From Syntrophorhabdaceae bacterium (GTDB lineage: Bacteria; Desulfobacterota; Syntrophorhabdia; Syntrophorhabdales; Syntrophorhabdaceae): a DNA stretch of 64,000 nucleotides. The notes under the pieces were generated by a model. The model was not told the origin of the DNA. It searched no databases and saw nothing but the letters and a program-made list of their open reading frames with translations. Shown piece after piece: positions 27,825 to 36,868 of this stretch. The first letter of the stretch is position 1. Each line of letters starts with the position of its first letter. The stretch is from assembly GCA_963666485.2 (NCBI GenBank), contig CAXXUO010000009.1, positions 256,001 through 320,000 of the forward strand, read 5' to 3'. The position numbers and the translations under genes were made by a program.

Positions 27825-28280
27825 TCATTTCCCGTGTATGACCGGGTGCGCGCCAACTGTTGCGGCCGTGTTCTTGCCGGCATGCCCGGCCATTTTCCGC
27901 ACCACCGACAATAATTCGCGGAAGTCGGAATCCTTGTACGTCATGAACCTCGGCCTCAAACTATGGCCAAGGGCGATAATATCCTTTTTTCTATTCGGCA
28001 GAATGAGCACCACCTGGACGTCACAGAAAAAGTATTTCATCGATATGATGTCCAGCAGATCTTCCTTATCTGTAGCGAAAATGATCGCGATGACCCTTCG
28101 CTCGGAGGGGAGACAGAAACGCTGCTTGAGGCTCGCAAGGCTCCTGAAGATCTCGATCCGCTCATCGAACAGAAGGGGTTCCAGGATTTCCCGCAGTTTT
28201 CGTGGAATATCTTCTTGATTTTTCGCATAGAACACCAGGTCGTTTTTCAGTTCCATTTTGGTTGTGCGCTCCTTGACCAC
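27825..28280 (-). CDS. Hypothetical protein, possibly a degenerate receiver-like fold (alternative start ATG 28256)
   Basis: Alternating beta/alpha pattern (LVFYA, IEIF, IAIIFA, VVLILP, LRPRFMTY); no canonical DD/D/K residues. Confidence 0.6.
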   Translation of the reverse strand: MVKERTTKMELKNDLVFYAKNQEDIPRKLREILEPLLFDERIEIFRSLASLKQRFCLPSERRVIAIIFATDKEDLLDIISMKYFFCDVQVVLILPNRKKDIIALGHSLRPRFMTYKDSDFRELLSVVRKMAGHAGKNTAATVGAHPVIHGK

Positions 28281-28345
28281 CCTCGTTCGACTACCAAAGT
28301 CAAGCCTGTCTTATGCGTCGCAGGGACCATGATCCGAAGACAAAT

Positions 28346-28361
28346 ATCAATAATCGTGCCA
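28346..28361 (-). promoter_or_regulatory. Putative sigma54 (-24/-12) promoter
   Basis: Minus strand TGGCACGATTATTGAT versus consensus TGGCACnnnnnTTGCW (one deviation at -12); adjacent to a sigma54 activator gene. Confidence 0.6.
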
Positions 28362-28584
28362 GAGAAACTGGCTCCTCTGGTGCGGCTATTATCAAGGGAG
28401 TACAGCGTGAGCCACTTCGATCCGCGTCTTTCCGGTACTGGCAAATGTTCACTTTTTAGGGACAAAAGTCCAATAAAAGGGGATTTACCTTTGCAATTGC
28501 GTACCCGCAAAAACCCGTAGACGGTGTCGGCCGTTTTCCGTAAGAGGTCCGCGATCCGTATAAAAGGTTGTTTGATGCTCGAGG

Positions 28585-30006
28585 TCAGACCTGGTTCCTG
28601 ATATTGTATTTCTTAAGGAGGCCATACAGCCTGGTCCGTGAGAGCTTGGAAAGCACGCAGGCTTCCTTGATATCACCGGACGATGACAGGAGGTTCCTGA
28701 GGTACATCTCCTCGAGATCGGAGTATGCGTTCCTGCGGAAACTCTTCAGGCTGAGAATTGGCGTTCGCGTCGCGTCACTATTCCCGTTATTATTTTTGGG
28801 CCCGGTGGGCCTGTCCTGTTCGAACATTGATTTCGTGATATGGATCCTCAGTTCCTGCGGAAGGTGCACCGGGAAAAGGGTCTCCTCGTAAAGGCCGGTG
28901 GCACAGGCATGCTCGACAACATGGAAAAGTTCCCTGACATTTCCCGGCCAGTCATAATACATCAGGTACTTCAGGAGTTCGTCGGAGACGTTCTTCCTTG
29001 GTATCCCAAAGCGATGGCAGACCTTTCCAACATAAAAAGCACAGAGGTCCGCGACATCATCCCGGTGCCTGCGCAAAGGGGGAAGGTGAAGGGTCATTGC
29101 CCTTAAGCGGTAGAGGAGGTCTTCCCTGAACTTCCCTTCTTCCACCATCTTTTCGAGGTTTTTGTTGGTTGCCGATATCAGGCGAAAATCGCTCTCAACC
29201 TCTTTTTCACTTCCGAGCGGCCTGAATCGATGCTCCTGCAGCACCCTCAGGAAGGTCTTCTGCAGAGGAAGGGGCAATTCCCCCATTTCATCAAGAAAAA
29301 GCGTCCCCTTATGGGCCTGCCGGATAAGTCCTTCCTGCGATTTGTCGGCCCCGGTAAAAGCGCCTTTTGAGTGGCCGAAAAGTATGCTTTCAACAAGCGT
29401 CTCGGGTAGCGCCGTACAGTCTACAACGACAAAGTTCTCGTGTGCCCGGCGGGAATTATTGTGGATGGACAATGCGAAAAGCTCCTTGCCCGTTCCGGTC
29501 TCGCCGGTGATCATGACGTTGAGATCGGATTCCGCGGCCTGTTTGACGAGGTCCATCGATGCCCGCATCGCCGGGCTGTTGCCGACGATGCCGTTGCGCT
29601 TGATCTCATTGTTCCCGCTCCTGTGCGTGACCTGGCCCCGGTACTGGATGGCCCGAGATAACCGTGAGACCGTTTCCTTCAGGCCGGCCGGTTTGTTGAT
29701 GTAATCCCAGGCCCCCTTCCGGATCGCCCTTTCGGCGCTCTCGGGATCTCCGCATGTTGTCATGACAATAACGGTTGGCTGTGACGCCGATCCCTGTAAT
29801 TGGTCGAGGCAGTCGATGGAATTGCCGTCAGGAAGGACGGAGTCGATGAATATTATATCGGGACCGCTGTTGTGATTATTGCCTACGGCTTCCAGGCAAT
29901 CGCTTAAGGTATGCAGAAATGAAAGTTCGCACCCCAGGCGGACGGCCGCTTGTGTGAACAGGGTACAACTGGGAAATTCCCCGTCGATGACCAGGATCTT
30001 CAACAT
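28585..30006 (-). CDS. Sigma54-dependent response regulator (NtrC family; REC-AAA-HTH)
   Basis: GETGTGKELFA, ESILFGHSKGAFTGA, LFLDEMGE, FREDLLYRL, WPGNVREL, C-terminal Fis-type HTH. Confidence 0.95.
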   Translation of the reverse strand: MLKILVIDGEFPSCTLFTQAAVRLGCELSFLHTLSDCLEAVGNNHNSGPDIIFIDSVLPDGNSIDCLDQLQGSASQPTVIVMTTCGDPESAERAIRKGAWDYINKPAGLKETVSRLSRAIQYRGQVTHRSGNNEIKRNGIVGNSPAMRASMDLVKQAAESDLNVMITGETGTGKELFALSIHNNSRRAHENFVVVDCTALPETLVESILFGHSKGAFTGADKSQEGLIRQAHKGTLFLDEMGELPLPLQKTFLRVLQEHRFRPLGSEKEVESDFRLISATNKNLEKMVEEGKFREDLLYRLRAMTLHLPPLRRHRDDVADLCAFYVGKVCHRFGIPRKNVSDELLKYLMYYDWPGNVRELFHVVEHACATGLYEETLFPVHLPQELRIHITKSMFEQDRPTGPKNNNGNSDATRTPILSLKSFRRNAYSDLEEMYLRNLLSSSGDIKEACVLSKLSRTRLYGLLKKYNIRNQV

Positions 30007-30189
30007 GACCCGATATTCCCTGGAGCCGGTTCGAGACCAGTCTGTGCGTGTTGTCCTTGAAGTTCGCGCATAGGATTACCCCCGTAAACATTGCCCGCTG
30101 CATGTGTCATGTCCCCGGTATTTCCGGGGTACATTCGAGGTCCGGACGGGACCATCTGTTATAGGCTACAACAGAAAAAATCGGGCATC

Positions 30190-30228
30190 TGTCGCGCAAT
30201 CGACATTAATTTTGTCGTATTTCCGAAA
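30190..30228. promoter_or_regulatory. Tandem palindromic operator-like sites TGTCG-N6-CGA(C/A)A
   Basis: TGTCGCGCAATCGACA at 30190-30205 and TGTCGTATTTCCGAAA at 30213-30228, upstream of the activator gene. Confidence 0.45.
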
Positions 30229-30239
30229 CCCGAGTGTCA

Positions 30240-30485
30240 TCATCTTTTACGACCTGTTCCCTGGCCCGAACCGCCTGCCTTACCCAAACCATTCGCGGCA
30301 AGAGCTTTCTCTGCACAAACGGGACAGATCCCGTGTGTCAGGGTTAACCGCGGGGTCTCGCGGGCCGGGGCCGCGGGCATTTCCCAGGTTCCGTCAGTCT
30401 TCTGTACCTTGCCGCACCACGCGCATACCCGGAGCATCCGCCTGTTTTTCTGGCTATATATGTTGCTGAAGTTGGCCGGTTTCAC
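30240..30485 (-). CDS. Small Cys4 Zn-finger-like protein
   Basis: RVCAWCGK...W...LTHGICPVC; GTGA overlap with the upstream TPR gene. Confidence 0.7.
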   Translation of the reverse strand: MKPANFSNIYSQKNRRMLRVCAWCGKVQKTDGTWEMPAAPARETPRLTLTHGICPVCAEKALAANGLGKAGGSGQGTGRKR

Positions 30486-30880
30486 GTGGTGTCTCCTGAT
30501 TTCTTATGAGTATCGCCGGATGAGGCCAGCATCTCGATCGCTATCCGGAGCCCCAACCGGGCGGCCGCGCGAAGGTCCTCGGCCCACCCGCTTCGATCCC
30601 CCGCATTGCCGCAGGCTATTGCCCGGTGGTAATACGCCCAGGCAAGCTGCGGGTCGAGGCGGATGGCCTTGTCATAATCCCGTATGGCGAGCGCGTGCTC
30701 CCCCCGTTCTTCATGGGAGAGACCTTTGAGATAATATGTCCGGGCATCATATTTTTTGCCGGGCCGCTTTATGCCTGGGTCTTGCACATGAAAAAGTCCG
30801 AATGAAAAAGGGTCATCATGCCCTGGATGCGCTCCATTCAGTTGCCTTTCGCCTGTCCTGCCTTTCCGGTGCCTCGGCAT
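30482..30880 (-). CDS. Small TPR protein
   Basis: YYLKG...AIRDYDKAIRLDPQLAWAYYHRA...DLRAAARLG; RBS AAGGGGAG before ATG 30880. Confidence 0.75.
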   Translation of the reverse strand: MPRHRKGRTGERQLNGAHPGHDDPFSFGLFHVQDPGIKRPGKKYDARTYYLKGLSHEERGEHALAIRDYDKAIRLDPQLAWAYYHRAIACGNAGDRSGWAEDLRAAARLGLRIAIEMLASSGDTHKKSGDTT

Positions 30881-31059
30881 ATCTCCCCTTATAGTCTGCA
30901 CGATATTTGCGGCAGTTTACGTGCCCGGGCATCAACCCGTCTGCTATTCACCGCTTGTTATCATGATAGAGGAAAGAAACGGAAACTTCTGTCGCCCGGC
31001 CAACAATTGTGATGTCATATATAAATAGACGTCGGATATGAAATGGGGATTACAAAGAA

Positions 31060-31192
31060 AATAGGCGAAGGGCTATAGGCAATGGGTAATGGGCAGGTTT
31101 GAACAATTCCCCCGTTCTTCCTATTGCCTATTGCCTATCGCCTATTGCCTATTGCCTATCGCCTATTGCCTATCGCCTATTGCCTATTGCCT
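31060..31192. repeat. Inverted heptamer repeat element: 5 degenerate AATAGGC units facing 10 CCTAT(T/C)G units
   Basis: Left arm 31060-31094, right arm 31120-31192, ending at the response regulator stop codon. Confidence 0.9.
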
Positions 31193-31843
31193 TTATTCTA
31201 TCGTTGTCAGCCCGTACCGGATGGCAATCTTTACGAGGGATGGCATGTCCTTCACGCCGAGCTTGTGCATCAGGCGGCTCCGGTATGTTTCAATAGTTTT
31301 CGGCGACAGGAACATGATGCCTGCTATCTCGGCGCTCGATCTTCCTTCGGTCACCAATTGCAGTACCTCGCGTTCACGTTGCGTCAGGCGTTCGACGGGA
31401 TTGCCGGTCTTTGGCTCCCGGGCGGTGAGATATTCGTCGACAATGCGGTCTGAGATCTTCTGGCTCAGGTATCGCGTTCCCCTGTATACTGCCCTCACGG
31501 CCGCAACGACTTCCGTTCCGGCAGATTCTTTCAGAAGATAACCCCGGGCGCCGGCTTTTAATGAACGATATATATGCTCAACTGTTGAATGCATGGAAAG
31601 AATAATAACCCGGACGGACGGGCACTCCTCGATTATCCGGCCGGCTGCCTCAATACCATTCAATTCGGGCATTGAGATGTCCATGATGACTATATCGGGG
31701 CTGAACTTTTTTGCCTGTTTTATGGCATCCCGCCCGTTGCGTGCCTCTCCTTTCACGATAATATCGGGCTGAGATTCCAGGAGCAATTTGAGCCCGTCCC
31801 GGACGATCGCGTGATCGTCGGCGATCACAACGCTGATGCTCAT
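31193..31843 (-). CDS. NarL/LuxR-family response regulator
   Basis: [29 protein letters not shown]...SPKTIETYR. Start at ATG 31843 (ATGA overlap). Confidence 0.95.
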   Translation of the reverse strand: MSISVVIADDHAIVRDGLKLLLESQPDIIVKGEARNGRDAIKQAKKFSPDIVIMDISMPELNGIEAAGRIIEECPSVRVIILSMHSTVEHIYRSLKAGARGYLLKESAGTEVVAAVRAVYRGTRYLSQKISDRIVDEYLTAREPKTGNPVERLTQREREVLQLVTEGRSSAEIAGIMFLSPKTIETYRSRLMHKLGVKDMPSLVKIAIRYGLTTIE

Positions 31844-33723
31844 ATGCGGACCTCCACGCGTATTCGGGTCCCTTTTCCCGGCTCGCTTTCGATCGTGCAG
31901 GTCCCTCCGATCGACAGGGCCCTTTCGGTTATATTGGTAAGGCCCCACCGCCCTTTTTTCTTTGACCTTAAGACCTCATCCCGGTCGAAACCTTTACCAT
32001 CATCCTCGATCACAAGGGCAATGCCGGCCACATCCTGACACATCCCGATAAAAACGTTCGCGGCCCCGGAATGTTTTGCGACGTTGTTCAGGATCTCCTG
32101 GGTTATTCTGAACAGTGACGTCTCCGTGTGCATATCGGGACGCGTCCCGAGGTCTTCGCCCGTGATGGCAACTGCGATCCCCGTGCGGTCGCTGAAGCTT
32201 TCGGCATAACTCCTGATGGCCGCAAAGAGGCCGTAATCATCGAGGATGGGCGGCCGGAGCTTTGCCATGACATCACGGATCGTAACGGTCGTCTCCTCGA
32301 TGAGCGACATTGAATCGGCGATGCGTTTATCGAGAACTGCCAGGTCCCGGGATGCGAGCTTCGCTTTTATAATATTCATGTTCAACCCGAGTGCTGTCAG
32401 GTTCTGTCCGACCAGGTCGTGCAGCTCACGCGCTATCTTGCGTCTTTCGACATTCTCAGCCTCGGATAATTTCTTCGATACCAGCATGAGCTGATCGTTT
32501 ATTTTCTTGAGTTCTCCCGTTCTTACCTGGACCAGCTGTTCCAGTTTTCCCTGGTATTTCTCCAGCGCATGCTCGTATTCGAGCCGGGATGTAATGTCCT
32601 CGCCGGAGGCTATCACGACCTTAGCGCCCGTTGGATCATCGCTGAGCACCGCATAATGCCATGCAATCGTCCGCTCTGTGTCCCCGGCGGTGAGGACCGC
32701 GCTCTCCCGGTATTCTATCGCCCGGTCCTGGCCGGTGATAAGCCGCGAAAAATAGGCGCGCTCTTCCTTTCTTTCTACCATGGGGACGAACATCCCGAAC
32801 CAGTCACTTCCGATAACACTGTCCTTGTCGCACCCGAGCGTCTCGCATCCCTGCCTGTTTATAAGGAGTATCTTCCCCGAACTGTCTATGACCACGAACA
32901 CTGTCCCGGCAATGTTGAGATACGTCTCCGCGCGGTTTTTCGCTGCGAGCAATTTCTCTTCGCTCTGTTTCAGATCGTGGAGGAGAACGCTGTAGGGTTC
33001 CCTGAGCCCTATTTGTATCAATGCCCTGTAAATGAGGTAGTACGAAGCAAGCTTGAAGTAATGTCCGATGAGGTTCCCTATCCCATACACGTCCACGTAC
33101 AGGGTGAGAGCTATTTCCGAAAAGACGATGCACACGATCGACCCGGTTATAAACCTCAAGACCCTTCGGTCAAATCTCTCGCGATGCCTGACGAGAATGA
33201 TCACTGACAGGATAAGCAGGATAACGACGAGATATTCACTGATGATCTTGAAGCGAGTGAACCCGGTGTTCTCGGCAAAGGACGATGGGAATATCCCCCC
33301 GAAGATGGCAATCAGGAGAATTCCCGAGATCACTGTATAAACAAGAAAGACGACGGCCGGTTTCAGCCTGCGATTGATGAAGAACGGCGCCGCAAGCAAT
33401 GACGCGCCCTGCACATACCGGCCCGCGATCCACAGCTGGGTCGCAAGGTCCGCCCCGGCTCCCGGGACGATGTCCATACCCTTATAGGTCAGTGTATGGC
33501 CGACATCGAAGACACCGACAAAGAAGCAGGAGATGCCAAGAAACAGAAGGTAGTTGTTATCGATGAACTTCCGGGAATTCCACGCTATCATGAAGATCCC
33601 GAAAGCGATCACCAGCGCGAACATCTCGACGAGGCTGTGAAAAAGAAGATAGTTGAAAAGGCTGATCAGGTATAGTCCGCCCGCTATGACGGCCGCCGGC
33701 GCTATCGCGGAAAATCTCCTCAC
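31840..33723 (-). CDS. Membrane sensor histidine kinase (MASE3-like, PAS, HisKA_3, HATPase)
   Basis: NYLLFHSLVEMF, HTLTYKGM, QLWIAGRY, FKIISEY; ERRKIARELHDLVGQNL; EDDGKGF. Probable GTG start at 33723. Confidence 0.9.
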   Translation of the reverse strand: MRRFSAIAPAAVIAGGLYLISLFNYLLFHSLVEMFALVIAFGIFMIAWNSRKFIDNNYLLFLGISCFFVGVFDVGHTLTYKGMDIVPGAGADLATQLWIAGRYVQGASLLAAPFFINRRLKPAVVFLVYTVISGILLIAIFGGIFPSSFAENTGFTRFKIISEYLVVILLILSVIILVRHRERFDRRVLRFITGSIVCIVFSEIALTLYVDVYGIGNLIGHYFKLASYYLIYRALIQIGLREPYSVLLHDLKQSEEKLLAAKNRAETYLNIAGTVFVVIDSSGKILLINRQGCETLGCDKDSVIGSDWFGMFVPMVERKEERAYFSRLITGQDRAIEYRESAVLTAGDTERTIAWHYAVLSDDPTGAKVVIASGEDITSRLEYEHALEKYQGKLEQLVQVRTGELKKINDQLMLVSKKLSEAENVERRKIARELHDLVGQNLTALGLNMNIIKAKLASRDLAVLDKRIADSMSLIEETTVTIRDVMAKLRPPILDDYGLFAAIRSYAESFSDRTGIAVAITGEDLGTRPDMHTETSLFRITQEILNNVAKHSGAANVFIGMCQDVAGIALVIEDDGKGFDRDEVLRSKKKGRWGLTNITERALSIGGTCTIESEPGKGTRIRVEVRI

Positions 33724-33833
33724 GAAAAAACCCCCCTCATGGCCTCCCCTGGCCACTCCCGCGACACATAATTATGCCTTAACGACAATGATAAGCTTGT
33801 TGGGGGAAATGTTCAACAAAAGAAACCGTAAGG

Positions 33834-34001
33834 CGGCTAACGGCTAACGGCTAACGGCTAACGGCTAACGGCTAACGGCTAACGGCTAACGGCTAACGGC
33901 TAACGGCTAACGGCTAACGGCTAACGGCTAACGGCTAACGGCTAACGGCTAACGGCTAACGGCTAACGGCTAACGGCTAACGGCTAACGGCTAACGGCTA
34001 A
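33834..34001. repeat. Perfect heptanucleotide array (CGGCTAA)24
   Basis: 168 bp, 24 identical units, intergenic between recD2 and the kinase. Confidence 0.95.
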
Positions 34002-34114
34002 AAGATTTTTTTTCAGAAAAATACCACATATCGGGAAGTATTTAGCGCGGGCGACATTTTTTTTAAATTTTTTGACGGGTGAAGAGATGTAAAAGTCAAC
34101 CTCTTCCCGTACAG

Positions 34115-36343
34115 TCAGGTCCTCTCCGGCCACGCCTTACGGCTTACGGCCTCTCTCAGCCGCTCCGCCAGCAAACTGTACCTCTTCCGCGTTTTGTCAT
34201 TGCGTATGGCTATTGAGAGGGCTTTTTTGGTTCCAACCATATAAACGAGCTTTTTCCCCCGGGTGACGGCGGTGTAGATCAGGTTCCTCTGGAGGAGGAG
34301 GTAGTGCTGCGTGAGGACAGGTATGATGACTGCGGGGTATTCGCTTCCCTGCGATTTGTGGACCGAGATGGCATATGCCAGGATGAGCTCGTCAAGCTCG
34401 CCGAAATCATACGCCACGATCCTGCCGTCAAAATCCACCCGGGCCTCCTGCATTTCCCTGTCGATGCCGGCGATCCTCCCGATATCCCCGTTGTAGACAT
34501 CCTTTTCGTAATTGTTGCGGGTTTGTATCACTTTATCGGCCGTCTTGAAAACGCGGCCCGCGCGCGAAACGGTGTCCCGGGAACGGTTCAGCACCTCCTG
34601 AAGCCGTACATTTATATTTGTCACCCCGACAACGCCCCGGTGCATGGGGGTGAGTATCTGTATATCTTCGATCGGACGAAGACCGAAGCGTGAGGGAATG
34701 ATGTTCGCACTCAAGTTTATAACGTGGTCCAATACTTTTTCCGGGTCATCCTCCTCGATAAAGACAAAATCATTTCCACTCCCGGCAAGGGGCATCTGGC
34801 CCGCGTTTATCCGGTGCGCGTTGACAATGATCATACTCTGCTGTGACTGCCGGAATATCTCATTGAGGCGTACCGTGTGAACAGACCCAGACGCAATAAT
34901 GTCCTTGAGAACATTCCCCGGGCCCACCGAGGGAAGCTGATCGGTATCGCCGACGAGGACCAGGGTCGCCCGCGCAGGAATGGCCTTCAGTAAATGGTGC
35001 ATGAGCGGGGCATCTATCATCGACGCCTCGTCGATGATGATAAGGCCCGCCTCGAGAGGGTTCGACTCGTTCCGCTTAAATCCTGTCCCCGATGAAAGAT
35101 CGCGGGGATTGTATTCGAGCAGGCGATGGATGGTCCGGGATTCGATACCCGTCGCCTCGGTCATCCGTTTGGCCGCCCTGCCGGTCGGTGCCGCACAAAA
35201 GACCTTCTGACCCGTCATCGAGGCGATCGTTATTATGCCTTTTATAATTGTAGTCTTCCCTGTCCCGGGGCCTCCCGTGATGACAAGTATCTTCTGCTCA
35301 AGGTATGCCCTGACCGCATCGAGCTGCTTCTCTGAAAAATTGATCCCCGCGCTCTCACCGCGGGACCGCAGCGCCTCGTCGATGTCGATGATCGCCATCT
35401 GTTTCGGGTGCGAAGCGAGCCGGCCGAGCGCGTCCGCTATACCCTCTTCGGCGCTATAGAGGGACGCAATATAGACGAGCCCTGCACCGTAATCACCCGC
35501 CGGGCCCCGGCCGAAAGACCCGTCTTCAATGATGATCTTTTTCTCGGCCGCGAGGCTCGCAAGGGCCGGAGGTATCTTTGCGGCCGGCACCTCGAGCACG
35601 CTGCTCGCTTTCCCGACCAGTTCATCGTGCGGGAAATAAAGGTGTCCTTCTTCGGCCAGCTGTCCCAGTACATAGAGGATGCCCGTTTCGATACGGAAAG
35701 GGGCCTCTTTTTCAATGCCGAGATTTTCCGCTATCCGGTCGGCGGTAAGGAAACCGATCCCGAATATGTCCACCGCCAGCCGGTACGGGTTGTCCCGCAC
35801 GATCCTGACCGCGTCGTTGCCGTAGAAACGATAGATCTTGGCGGCATATGCGGGGCTCACCCCGTTGCCCTGGAGAAAGACCATGACGTTGCGCACTTCT
35901 TTCTGTTCGCTCCACGCCCCCTTTATCATCCCGATGCGTTTTTCGCCTATGCCCGGCACTTCCTGAAGCCTTGATATATCGGCGTCTATCACGTCGAGCG
36001 TCTTTTCGCCAAACTGCGCAACGAGCCTCTTCGCCATTTGAGGCCCGATGCCCTTTATCATCCCGGAGCCAAGATAGCGCTCGATGCCCTTCGCCGTTGC
36101 AGGCAGAAGGGTCTCGTACGATGTGACCCTGAATTGTTCGCCAAAGCGGGGGTGGACGCTCCATTCCCCTTCGATCTTGAGGAGTTCCCCGGGGACAACG
36201 GAATAGAGGGTACCGATGACAGTGGCCAGGGAATTTTTGCCTTCGATCTTCACTTTGGCTATGGTGTAATGGTCCTCTTCGTTGTAATATGTTATACGCT
36301 CGACCTGGACCTTGAGCACGCACGGCGGGCCTTTTTGAAACAT
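34115..36343 (-). CDS. recD2: ATP-dependent RecD-like helicase
   Basis: GMIKGIGP, NPYRL, ITGGPGTGKTT, APTGRAAKR, IIDEASM, GDTDQLPSVGPG, AYAISVHKSQGSE. Start uncertain. Confidence 0.92.
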   Translation of the reverse strand: MFQKGPPCVLKVQVERITYYNEEDHYTIAKVKIEGKNSLATVIGTLYSVVPGELLKIEGEWSVHPRFGEQFRVTSYETLLPATAKGIERYLGSGMIKGIGPQMAKRLVAQFGEKTLDVIDADISRLQEVPGIGEKRIGMIKGAWSEQKEVRNVMVFLQGNGVSPAYAAKIYRFYGNDAVRIVRDNPYRLAVDIFGIGFLTADRIAENLGIEKEAPFRIETGILYVLGQLAEEGHLYFPHDELVGKASSVLEVPAAKIPPALASLAAEKKIIIEDGSFGRGPAGDYGAGLVYIASLYSAEEGIADALGRLASHPKQMAIIDIDEALRSRGESAGINFSEKQLDAVRAYLEQKILVITGGPGTGKTTIIKGIITIASMTGQKVFCAAPTGRAAKRMTEATGIESRTIHRLLEYNPRDLSSGTGFKRNESNPLEAGLIIIDEASMIDAPLMHHLLKAIPARATLVLVGDTDQLPSVGPGNVLKDIIASGSVHTVRLNEIFRQSQQSMIIVNAHRINAGQMPLAGSGNDFVFIEEDDPEKVLDHVINLSANIIPSRFGLRPIEDIQILTPMHRGVVGVTNINVRLQEVLNRSRDTVSRAGRVFKTADKVIQTRNNYEKDVYNGDIGRIAGIDREMQEARVDFDGRIVAYDFGELDELILAYAISVHKSQGSEYPAVIIPVLTQHYLLLQRNLIYTAVTRGKKLVYMVGTKKALSIAIRNDKTRKRYSLLAERLREAVSRKAWPERT

Positions 36344-36429
36344 GATTAATACTATCGGAAATGGGGCGATAATAAAAGCGAAACATGATCGCCGCCGACC
36401 GATATAGCGTGAGGCGCTAAAACCAGCCG

Positions 36430-36762
36430 ATGATAACACAGGCAATTAAGAACCAGCTGCTGCGCACGGTCGCGAAAAACCGTGCGATGATCCTTAACGA
36501 GGCCCAGAATATCTCCGGGTTCATGCATCTTTTGATGAAGCACAGAAATACCGGGGTGACATGGACCCGTGAGGAGAAACAGCTCCTCAAGATGCACATC
36601 GTCCATTTATCCTGCTATGTCCCGATACTGGCCATCTTCGTTTTGCCCTTCGGGTCGCTCCTGATCCCGGTCCTCGCCGAGATACTCGACCGGAGGGCAA
36701 ACCACCGCAAAGCTCGGGCACAAAACCCCGATGCAGCCGGCGCAGGACAAGCGGTCATGTGA
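36430..36762 (+). CDS. Hypothetical membrane-associated protein
   Basis: 110 aa with a hydrophobic hairpin (VPILAIFVLPFGSLLIPVLA); fills the gap between recD2 and rel. Confidence 0.65.
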   Translation: MITQAIKNQLLRTVAKNRAMILNEAQNISGFMHLLMKHRNTGVTWTREEKQLLKMHIVHLSCYVPILAIFVLPFGSLLIPVLAEILDRRANHRKARAQNPDAAGAGQAVM

Positions 36763-36868
36763 TCCAACAACGATCTTCGTGCGGATGCGCCATTATTGCG
36801 ATTTGGCCTTTCCTGAGGTAAGATAAGGTCAGGAAAATGGGCCATCTCAATTCTGCCGGACAAGAATC

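Noticed and set aside
31089..31541. Plus-strand ORFs with PIAYCL/PIAYRL repeats
   Set aside because: They are translations of the CCTAT(T/C)G heptamer array running antisense into the response regulator.
33834..34001. CRISPR array or telomere-like repeat
   Set aside because: The unit is 7 bp with no spacers, no cas genes are present, and it lies inside ordinary chromosomal sequence.
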